Assembly: GCA_951406725.2 (NCBI GenBank)
Contig: OX597819.1
Location: forward strand, 115,692,001-115,756,000
Length of the DNA: 64,000 nucleotides
Reading direction: 5' to 3'
Source of the DNA: Octopus vulgaris
Taxonomy: Eukaryota
The notes under the pieces were generated by a model. It made no database searches. It was not told the origin of the DNA and saw only the letters and a program-made list of their open reading frames with translations. Of this stretch, positions 53,521-64,000 are shown in pieces (within the stretch, counting starts at the first letter, position 1; every line of letters begins with the position of its first letter). A program made the translations under genes and the position numbers.

Positions 53521-56078
53521 TATATTTGTGAATGCGTGTTGGTATTATTCTGTATATGTTAGTAATGTCATAGTAATACTTGTGGCTGAAGACAACGTCA
53601 AAGGGAACTTTCTTTTATAAAATAATTTTGTCCACAATATAAATATAACATTTCAATGAAATACTTTACTCGGAATTTCTTCGTATATAAACAAAGTGGT
53701 AAATGATAAAGTTCAGTGAATAATTTTTAGCCACGATAAGGAGTGTTTCCGTGATTTTAACTTTAGTTAGTTCTGTATATTAACAACTCTTTATGTAGAA
53801 AATGTATCTTTCAAACCAACAGCAGATTGTCTTACTATCTAAAGATTTTGTAAAAGAATTTACCCGCCTGAGAAATATATAATTTCAAGTGAAAGAAAGA
53901 ACAATTTTTAATTCAAAGTTTAATTCACAACAGAATTAACTGTTTGTGTGAAAGTTTTAGAGAAACTGCAGCTATTTTACAACCATTCTCTTTCTTATTC
54001 CATTACCACTTCTTTATCTTTTACCTCTCAATCGATTGTATTTGAGAGTGAAATATTCATGACCGTTTGACATTGAATAGCTTTGAACATCAAGTGTGGC
54101 GTCATTCAGATTATGTATTGTGACGTCACTAAAGTCAAAAGACTTGAAAATGTTCAGGATCTGATGATAAAGTCTGAATTACGGAGTGACAAATGAAAAG
54201 AGAGACAACAAACACGGCTCTTTTTAAATTCTGATGATACGATTAAAAAGCTTAAATTTTTACAATGGCCGTCTGATAATAGCCTCAGATGTTTAATTTT
54301 TTTCTTTTTCTTTTAAATGAGGTTGTTTTTGTCACTGAATTTTGTATAAATAACAGGTCACATCCTGTATTTATGGTATTTGGTCTCTGAAATGGTTCGG
54401 AAACGAATGAGGGAAACTTAGTGCTTATAAACACACTAAAGTATTACCTGTCATAAGACAGGTAACTTTGAAAGTATACCTTTGCCATCATGGGTAATAT
54501 CAGGAAATATGGAACACGCACTATAATCATAATTTAACTTTCATCAAATCTTTGGGTACTTATAAAAAATTATGAAATGAATTTTCGAAACGAAAATTTT
54601 TTACGTTAAAATATAATTAAATAAAAGAAATTTGTTATTTGCATATTTTCTCCCGTAACTATTCTGTAATTTACTCCCTCTCCCTCTTCTCTGATTCTGT
54701 GATTCTTTCTCATTCTGTTTGTGCGTCTTTGTGTGTGTAGCGTTCCTTTACTCATTATCTGCCACCAAGCCTAGTACGCGGACAATCTTGTACGTCTTGC
54801 GTTAATTCTCTCTGTTACTTTCTTTATTCCTTCTCTCCCTGTCTCTATATGGTGAAGATTATAAGTGGAGAAATCAACCAGCCAATAGTTGAACATTTGC
54901 TATTATTATATAGAAATAAAACTATGTGTGTTAGTATGTATTGGCTTATGCATTGAATAGTGGCCTTCTTATTTATTCTGTTAAGACTATATTCTAGATA
55001 AACGTATATATTATAGTTTCTATAATGTCGCGCTTTTCGAAACACAAAATCAACCACAGAAAATTTCAAGTTAAAAAATTGCTGTTCTTTCCGGAAAATT
55101 CCGCATTCAACCATCATTGCAGAAGGCAGATTTGTTTAAAATAAATGAAAAGGTAGGCTGTATATTTTGAATGAAACAGCGGCTGTATATTTTGAATGAG
55201 ATGGCTACCGATAAATGATAAATTCGGATGTAAATCTAATCGAATCCAGTAACCGAACTCTTTAGTTCTCAACTTTGAGGACGACATTTTTGTTCTTATT
55301 AAACGTGTTCAAGATATATATGAATCTTTTTTCAGTAAGATTTTAAAAGAAAAATAAAGAACTTTCGCAATTCAGCGAATATATATGAATTTTTTTCTAA
55401 TAAAACTAGAAATCTGGATCATGTAAATCCATTTATCTACAACAATCTGAGTCGAAACGGTCTAAGTTATTTATACAGGAATACCAACTTGAATTCTGAA
55501 AAGAAAATTTAATAATTCACTTCAGAACTCTATAGATGTAAAACTGAATCTCCGAATCTTCAACATCCATGAATTAGATTTCAATAGGAACCAATCTTTC
55601 TGATAAATCCATCTAAATCTGGTATTGGTAAACTTAGTCAGGGAATAATTTCCAAGTAAAAAAAAAAGAAAAAAAATCCAAAAATCACAGTTGAATTTAT
55701 AGATTAATCAATCAGAAGTGGTAGGTCTGTTTTGTAACATAGATAAGTTCCGTACTTTCCGTACTAGGTTTCTACAATTTCACTACATAACGTCTATGCG
55801 TCTGTTACGGGATTTCTAGCAGATAAAGCCATTACTTATGCTACAACTATAAAGAATATAGATTTTAGAATTAGTGTTACATTACAGTCAAGAGAAAACA
55901 GTTAATGACTTCAATCACTCATTATGGATAAAGAAATCAACCAGTAATCCAATGTAACTTCAATAAGTGCAAAATGATTCGAGGGATATTACTGAATTTA
56001 AATGGAATTTATATAATAACTGTATAAACTACGCGAGTGTATATACTACATGAATGTTTAACCTATATGAATATGTAT

Positions 56079-56446
56079 ACGAGCAAAACGCCCCCACCGT
56101 CCAATGGGCGGTGCTGAGTTATCAAACATTTAAACCAAATTTTCTCAAAACAACTTGTCCGACCGTCCCATAGGCTTCGTCTTTGAGAAAAACTGAATTA
56201 ACCTAAATTTGAGATATCAGCAAAAGACGGATTTCGACTGATGTACTTGCGCGTACAAATGCACGTTCCCACGGCTTTATCGATCGCATTCTCACCTAGA
56301 ATCGATTTTTGTAAATTTTTAAGACTTATACATGCTCCGATACCGTCGGTATCTACATATCAAATTTGAGTGCAATCGGATGGAGGATGCCCGAGATCCT
56401 AGAAGACACACACACAGACAGACAGAACGGATTTTATATAATAGAT
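56079..56446 (-). mobile_element. Non-autonomous Helitron-like insertion in the PLE remnant
   Basis: Subterminal hairpin caccgtcca-a-tgggcggtg near a CT(C)G end; the other end is ...acagacagac...ttttatataatagat (A|TC on the minus strand). Confidence 0.65.
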
Positions 56447-57215
56447 TACATGAATGTACCACAGCAACTAAAAGGAAAACATCCATATGTTTAAAGAAAG
56501 AGTATATTGAGATTATGGATTAACAACGCTTGCTAGCTGTAAACCACGTAGTACAGTTAGCATTGTGAAGGATCGCTATAAGTTTAAAGATTAAGGATTT
56601 AAAACTATTTTAATACCTTAATACGGTCAACGTTCTAGATGCCAATATAAACTTAATGCAATCTAACTTCCTTATTGAAAACCTAATTCACTATTAAAAT
56701 ATATTATTAACAAATGATCTCAACCATCCACAAATTATAGCCAGGAACTTGCTTAAAAACATATTCCTCAGAGCAATTAATACATGTAATAATGAGCAAA
56801 TTGTTAATGATTATTCCTTTCTTAGAAGCGGATTTAAAGATAAAATTCCTTAATTCCATTCTTAAATAAAGTTAAGAATAGCTGAAATGTCCAGATCTCC
56901 TGGAGTGATCCTACTCATAATACAGAGGCAATTACCAGTATGCCTCAAATATTTTATATATGTTTAGCATAAATTTTCACTCTCAGAATAAATACCATAA
57001 ATATTTTTTATAAAAATGGCGTAAAATAATCCCATTTTGCTATGGTCAATTGAGCATAAAGGATACTACAAAGGATAGTACAAAGGACAGCTTGATTCGT
57101 TTGAGCTAAATTAACGAAAATCGCTCTAGTGATAACACAAACTAAAATTGTACTGACCAAAACAATTGTTCTCTTAACTCTAACTGCTTTGCTATAGAAA
57201 TAGTTTACAAGAAAA

Positions 57216-57449
57216 GGCGGCGAGCTGGCAGAAACGTTAGCACGCCGGGCGAAATGCTTAGCCTTATTTCGTCTGCCGTTACGTTCTGAGTTCAAATTCC
57301 GCCTAGGTCGACTTCGCCTTTCATCCTTTCGGGGTCAATAATAAATTAAGTACCAGTCACGCACTGGGATCGATGTAATCGATTTAGTCCTTTTGTCTGT
57401 CCTTGTTTGTCCCCTCTATGTTTAGCTCCTTGTGGGCAATAAAGAAATA
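57216..57449 (+). mobile_element. SINE family A with 15-bp TSD
   Basis: TSD agaaatagtttacaa at 57196-57210 and 57450-57464. Confidence 0.93.
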
Positions 57450-57564
57450 AGAAATAGTTTACAAAAATTTTGTTATTCAACTACTTGTAAGCCATACATT
57501 AAGAAAATACTATTAAATTTAAGCGGTATTAAATCTCAGAATGAGATGTAAACAGTAATCGCTC

Positions 57565-57904
57565 GATAATGTAAAGTATAGAAGCCATCTTAATATGGCT
57601 AACCACAAATGGGAGGGGGTGTTACTGTAGCTTTATAGCCCCAGGAGATCGTCGTCTACAGCTGGCTTTAGACACCATTTCAGTGCCCTTGAAGTATTTG
57701 CAAAGGGAGGCCATCCCTTTCTCGCTTTCCCTTTCTCAGGCTTGCGAGAAAAGGATGGCCTCCCTTTGCAAATACTTCAAGGGCACTGAAATGGTGTCTA
57801 AAGCCAGCTGGAGACGACGATCTCTTGGGGCTATAAAGCTACAGTAACACCCCCTCCCATTTGTGGTTAGCCATATTAAGATGGCTTCTATACTTTACAT
57901 TATC
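57565..57904. repeat. Near-perfect foldback: 161-bp arms, 18-nt loop
   Basis: 57565-57725 versus 57744-57904, 3 mismatches found by eye. Confidence 0.95.
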
Positions 57905-58092
57905 ATAATTTAGTTTTAAGAAATATACTAGAAAAGTTCAACGCTTGTATATACATATGACGCATTGAATCATTTTGGCCGTGGAAAAATCTTACATTCC
58001 TCAGAAAACGCAATGCAGCTTATGTATGGAGGCCTTATGTGCTAAAAAATTCAGTGCTTAATTAAAATCCGGAAATAATTATGTTGTTTAAT

Positions 58093-58304
58093 TACTCTTT
58101 TGCTTTTTTACTTGTTTCAGTCATTTGACTGTGGCCATGCTGGAGCACCGCCTTTAGTCGAGCAAATCGACCCCCAGGATTTATTCTTTGTAAGCCTAGT
58201 ACTTATTCTATCGGTCTCTTTTGCCGAACCGCTAAGTTACGGGGACGTAAACACACCTGCATCAGTTGTCAAGTGATCTTGGGGAGACAAACACATACAT
58301 ATAT

Positions 58305-58375
<71 letters not shown>

Positions 58376-58603
58376 AAGGCGGTGAGCTGGCAGAAACGTT
58401 AGCACGCCGGGTGAAATGCGTAGCCGTATTTCATCTGCCGTTACGTTCTGAGTTCAAATTCCGCCGAGGTCGACTTTGCCTTTCATCCTTTCGGGGTCGA
58501 TAAATTAAGTACCAGTTACGCACTGGGGTTGATGTAATAGACTTAATCCGTTTGTCTGTCCTTGTTTGTCCCCTCTGTGTTTATCCCCTTGTGGGTAGTA
58601 AAG

Positions 58604-58649
<46 letters not shown>

Positions 58650-58788
58650 AGTTTCCGTCCACTCACAAGGCTTTGGTCGGCCCGAGGCTATATCAGAAGA
58701 CACCTGCCCAAGGTGCCACGCACTAGGACTAAACCGGGACCCATGTGGTTGGTAAGCAAGCTACTTACCACACAGTCACTCCTACGCC
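58093..58788 (-). mobile_element. SINE family B with SINE A (58378-58608, plus strand) nested in its internal microsatellite
   Basis: B tail at 58093-58290, B head at 58630-58788, A copy between (CA)n and (TA)n. Confidence 0.88.
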
Positions 58789-59744
58789 TAAGAGAATATC
58801 TATAATTTATGTGCATTAAATACCAACTGAGTACCTCTACGATGACTAGTATAACTATTATGATTACAATAGTTTGTTATATCATTATTAAACTAAACGA
58901 TGCCGACCATTTATACGTATTCTACATACCTCTAAAATGTAATTCTTGTAATGTTTTATCTTCTATTGTTGGATTACTCTATCTCTTTATGATAATAGCT
59001 GATATAAATGTTGGTTGATTTCTGCAGTCCGTTTTACATCGTATATAAAGACGGGGAGAGGGGAGTAAAATAAAGATTCGGTGACAGTCCACATAAAGGG
59101 TACAAAATGAGTTTACATACTAGGCTTGGTGACAGACAATGAGTAAAAAGCGCTACACGCAGTGAAAAAGGAAAACTAAGGAGACATAGGAAGAAGAGGA
59201 GGAGTAGGAGGAGTGAGAAAGTAAATGACAGTAGTTATGGGAGAAGTTACTCAAATGTCCAGCCTTGCGTGCACATACGCGATTCATGGTAATCTCTGAC
59301 CAACGGAATCTATAGAATAATAAAGAATAATAATAAAGATGACATTTTTATTCATAACTTTGACTTGCTGTAATAATAACACTTTAATAGGACTACCCAT
59401 GCTAGTATACAGTATTCGTATATTAATATTTGAGTAGTATAGATAGAGACAATAAAACTTTTATCTATAATAAAATTTTTATTATTAATATAATTTATTC
59501 ATAAGTCACTGTTTGATTGTTTCAACGATTAATGACATTGCGAAACTAGACTAATTGATATAGCGTGACTTATTTTCTGAGATAGATATGTATCTAACAC
59601 TCATTAATATTTAACGTTAATCAATAAATAATAGTAATAACTTAAGAATTTATGATATACGAAAGGGTTAAATTAGTAATAAATTGATTTACTAATTGTC
59701 CGCATTGGACGTTTGGACAAAACTATTTCTGCAAAGACTGAATA

Positions 59745-60345
59745 TAGTAATTCTTTCTGCACAAGGCATTGATTTAGGAGAAGGGTCTTGTCGATTACAT
59801 CGACCAGTGATTGACTGATACTTATCTTATCGGCCACAAAAGAATGAAAGGCAAAGCTGACCTTAGCCGAATTTGAACTCAGAACGTAAAGCCGGAATGA
59901 AATACCTGTTTCTTTACTACCCACAAGGATCTAAACACAGAGAGGACAAACAAGGACAAACAGATTAAGTTGATTATATCGACCCCAGTGCGTAACTGGT
60001 ACTTATTTAATCGACCCCGAAAGGATGAACGGCAAAGTCGACCTCGGCGGAATTTGAACTCAGAACGCAGCGGCAGACGAAATACCGCTAAGCATTTCAT
60101 CCTGCATGCAAACGATTCTGCCAGCTTCCCGTACTTAATAATTTCACTGTTTGTCGCAAGGTCAGAGATTTTAGAGGAGGTATTAGTCGATAACATCGAC
60201 CCCAGAACACAGCTGGTACTTATTTTACCGAACCCTAAACAATGAAACGCAAGGCTGACCTCGGCGGGATCTGAATTCAGAATGGAAAAAGTGTTGCTAA
60301 GCATTATGTCCGATGCGTTAACGTGTCAGACACCTCGCCACCTTA
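59745..60345 (-). mobile_element. SINE cluster: composite A+A' (59745-60128) and an older A' copy (60135-60345)
   Basis: Reverse-complement homology to families A and A'. Confidence 0.8.
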
Positions 60346-60635
60346 AATGATTATAACAGAATGCATGTAATACCTAAATATTCTGAGCAAATAATATTCA
60401 AATATGTAGCGAAAGAATATCTACGATGAAATCCAATGTGTCCTGTTTTAAAGTCGGTGTGATTTGATGGTGATTTGGTTGCTATTTCTAGTAGATCGAA
60501 TTACTATGCAGCGGCTCCCTCGTTGGATGGATCATATTGCAGGAGAGGTAAGTTTGTAAACTTTCCTTGGGAGCACACACAAACACACACGCACACAGAC
60601 ACACATATACACACATATATGTATACTGTATATTA

Positions 60636-61745
60636 CACTGGTCAACACACTTTTTGCTGACTTCGGTCTTGTGGTTGTTTTTAGTCAATTTTGAGATGTT
60701 GATTTCAAATAAAGCATCCATTGTTTCCTAACACATTAGGTTTTCCTTCTTAAGCATACCCCTATTTTATAAGATACTGTGTAAATAATTTACTTAGTCA
60801 GGATAGTTTACTAAGTCTTATAGCTTCAAACCATAATTTATAATGTCAATAGAATATGAAATATAAGATAGCATCACCTTTTATTAAATACATGCTGTTA
60901 ACGCTCTAATATGATAGATAAAACACAAACCATCGTACTTATAGCTTCATATTTATGGAACAAATTTCCGCTTGCGAAGATATATGGAATATTTCATGTC
61001 TACACAGTCCCTTTGAATATTCTAAGAGTAGTCTGCCATCAAGTGTTTGTTCCATCGGCCTTTATATCTCTCCTCCATAACCTTGATAGCTTCATGAAAA
61101 TGCTTACCATGCTCGTCGTTCACGTCTCCGAGATTAGCAGGAAATTCATCGAAGATGGCTGTTGAGGAGCTGAAGCTTTATGCTCATGTTGCAGCCTAAA
61201 TGATGGAAGCTATCAAGTAATGTCTCCACCAAATCCTTGTAGTTTGCAGCCCTTTCACTCCCCTAAAATCCTTTCACAACAGCCACAAATGAATCCCGTA
61301 CTCTTTTTTCTATGTCAGCTATCAAGCTTGAGAAATTATAACATTTCATTAACTCTCTGATTTGTGGCCCATCAAAAAAACTTAGCCGCTATTTTATAAT
61401 AGCTTAAGCAAGGAAATGTACAAGGAAATTTGAAACAGTTGCCCTCCACATTAAGAGCTTTGACAAATTGCTTCATTGGTCCTAGTTTAATATGAAGGGG
61501 TTAGAAGATGATTTTCTCACGCTCAGCAAGTGCTTGGTGTATGATAGGATTCTCCCCAACAGTCAAACTTTTCCTCACTGACCACAGATTCTGTTCCCAA
61601 CGTTTGTCTCTCGCTTGGCTATCCAATAAACACAGGAAACACTGATATTTTGTATACACTCCCTGTTGGCCAAGTAAAAAGTTGACAATTTTTAGATCCT
61701 CACATATGACGCATTTGTGTTCATCATACTTAAGTAAATAGTTAA
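60636..61745 (-). mobile_element. Chapaev3-type (CMC) DNA transposon 3' portion with decayed transposase
   Basis: KYDEHKCVICEDLKIVNFLLGQQGVYTKYQCFLC...PLHIKLGPMKQFVKAL; terminus tta|CACTGGTCAACA at 60636. Confidence 0.75.
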
Positions 61746-62135
61746 TAATCCTGTCTGCTAAAGGCACAAGGCCTGAAATTTGGTAGGAGGGGACTAGTGG
61801 ATTACATCGACCCCAGTGTTTCACTGGTACTTAATTTGTTGACGTCGAAAGGATGAAAGGCGAAGTCGACCACCGCGGAATTTGAACGCAGAATGTAACG
61901 GCGGGTGAAATACCTATTTCTTTACTACCCACAAGGGGCTAAACACAGAGAGGACAAACAAGGACAGACAAACAGACTAAGTGGATTATATCGACCTCAG
62001 TGCGTAACTGGTACTTAGTTAATCGACCCCGAAAGGATGAAAAGCAAAGTCGACCACGGCGGAATTTGAACGCAGAACGTAACGGCGGGTGAAATACCGC
62101 TAAGTATTTCATTGATTTTGCCAGCTCGTCTCCCC
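61746..62135 (-). mobile_element. Composite SINE A+A'
   Basis: Head-core-tailA joined to core-tailA' at 61914/61915. Confidence 0.85.
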
Positions 62136-63255
62136 CACCCCTCATTAACGATAACTATCTGAAAACTCAAGTGAGACCTACAATAAAGTACTATACCCTT
62201 ATCTGAGACGGTACCGCTACTACAGTCACGGACATCCTAGACCGCCTCCGATGAAAATTATTCGATTACTTACGCATTAACCCACTCGCCAACGCACCAC
62301 CAACAGCTCATAGACACACTCTTTCTCTCTTCCTTTTCTACAGCTACCATAGTAGCCTCTAATCAGCTCATCTAGCTCATAACACTAACCCAGGCACACG
62401 CGCGCGCTGACTGTTTCCTACACTGACTATTTCCATTCAGAACGTCGACTTTCTGGAATTCTCTTGCTGCAACCTTCAGCCATTGAAACGGACAGTTACC
62501 GGCATTGGTCAGTCTGTGGTCTTGGAATGTCTGCAATGGTCGAGTGCACGAACCCCTCTTCCAAACCATACAATTAAAAATATTATTGGGACTGAGTTTC
62601 TGATTTTAGTATTTTTTTTTCTAAGAGAAAGAGCAGACAGAAGCGGAGAAAACGATTTGAATGTTCATTTACTCGATTGAAATTTAATAAGCTTCTCCAT
62701 CACCATCGACCCAAGCGTTTAAGTCTCGTAGATAATTTTCTCCATTCATAAACTACTTCAATTAGCACGATAATTATTTTTATGAAGAATATATCTTCCC
62801 AGCGACGTCTACATTAAATTTATTTCAAAATGCTTCAAAACTTGACTCATTCAACAAACTACTACAGCATGGCCCATCCATTTTCTCTATAATAGTTATT
62901 TAGATAAAAAATAACAAAAGGTTGATTCAATTGAAAAGAAAAATTAAGATATAATTACCGAGACTAAAATACCAGCCATGCAAGTGTAGTTGTTGTATAA
63001 ATAGCCTGCATCTAAATAGCATATAAATTAGAATCATTTTTAAATAGCATGGGACTCACTAAGTTCATTGACATTATTTTAGAAATATTTTCTTTCATGT
63101 CCGACTCCTGTGACTTAGTTATGTAGATTATTAATTTTAGTTACATTTAAATTTCATTTAATTTTATAAAAATGTATTGCGACTGGTCTGCACGAAGGAA
63201 CTGTTTCCATTCATATAAATTATCCAGAAATATAAAGAAAAACTTTTTGAGCAGA

Positions 63256-63423
63256 GGCGTAGGAGTGGCTGTGTGGTAAGTAGCTTGCTTACCAACTACA
63301 TGGTTCCGGGTTCAGTCCCACTGTGTGGCACCTTGGGCAAGTGTCTTCTACTATAGCCTAGCCTCGGGCCGACCAAAGCTTTGTGAGTGGATTTGGTAGA
63401 CGGAAACTGAAAGAAGCCCGTCG

Positions 63424-63424
<1 letters not shown>
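63256..63424 (+). mobile_element. 5' half of SINE family B ending in (TA)n
   Basis: Matches 24968-25130. Confidence 0.88.
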
Positions 63425-63504
<80 letters not shown>

Positions 63505-63508
<4 letters not shown>

Positions 63509-63921
63509 GTTTAAATATTTGTTGTACAAGATTTTTTTATGTGAAGTCGTGTGTTGAAACAGACATTGTTATATTTCGGAATGGTCATTTTGCCAGTTTA
63601 GCCAATATAAACACACGCACTCTGCTCAAAAAGTTTTTCTTTATATTTCTGGATAATTTATATGAATGGAAATAGTTCCTTCGTGCAGACCAGTCGCAAT
63701 ACAAAATGGCTGACGGTTAGTAAGGAGAGACACAAATAAGAAAGAAGAAAACAAAGGACCACTGATGCGGTCACAGGAGTGTGACGAAAGAACTCTGGCC
63801 GAAATAAGATTAAGATTAATGTAAAAAAAAAAAATAACACTGAAGCAAAATAACACCAAATATATAGCGCGTGTGTTTTTATTGGCGAAACTGGCAAAAT
63901 GACCATTCCGAAATATAACAA
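63505..63921. mobile_element. Inverted pair of the short PLE-like element between (TA)n tracts, with a degenerate hammerhead at 63756-63800
   Basis: 63565-63620 pairs with 63867-63922; ggacca CTGATGC g GTCACA ggag TGTGAC GAAAG aa CTC tggcc. Confidence 0.72.
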
Positions 63922-63954
63922 TATATATATATATATATGTATGTATATATATAT

Positions 63955-64000
<46 letters not shown>

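Larger units (their letters stand above)
55250..57550 (+). pseudogene. Heavily decayed Penelope-like element ORF (RT, thumb and Cys-rich lead-in to the GIY-YIG endonuclease)
   Basis: LINPSKSGIGKLSQ (~55600), DKAITYA, TVNVLDANINL, LNHPQIIARNLLKNI, SGFKDKI, NKYHKYF and NCTDQNNCSLNSNCFAIEIVY, collinear with PLE ORFs. Confidence 0.72.

Noticed and set aside
54120-54129. CRE palindrome TGACGTCA, also at 46629-46636
   Set aside because: An 8-mer can occur by chance at about this frequency, and no associated promoter or gene is evident.

Overview
AT-rich eukaryotic DNA saturated with microsatellites ((TA)n, (CA)n, (TATG)n, (TATC)n, (GA)n and trinucleotide tracts). Its SINE repertoire is most consistent with an octopus/cephalopod genome, which is an inference and was not checked against a database. 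No intact host gene can be supported, and nearly all listed ORFs are microsatellite translations. Recognisable content is mobile DNA: a near full-length mariner and several mariner/maT remnants, a Chapaev3-type remnant, two non-autonomous Helitrons, a Ty3/Gypsy integrase remnant, a CR1/L2-group LINE with an open RT frame, R4/Dong-like, HERO-like and Tx1/L1-like LINE remnants, two decayed Penelope-like (PLE) RT regions and more than 25 tRNA-derived SINEs of 4-5 families. The most striking unannotated signal is a recurring class of short non-coding modules lodged in or beside microsatellites, mostly (TA)n. They carry minimal type I hammerhead-ribozyme motifs (one near-canonical at 41701-41780 and about ten degenerate) and are repeatedly arranged as foldbacks or inverted duplications, several of which turn at the ribozyme. 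All pairings and translations were done by eye.
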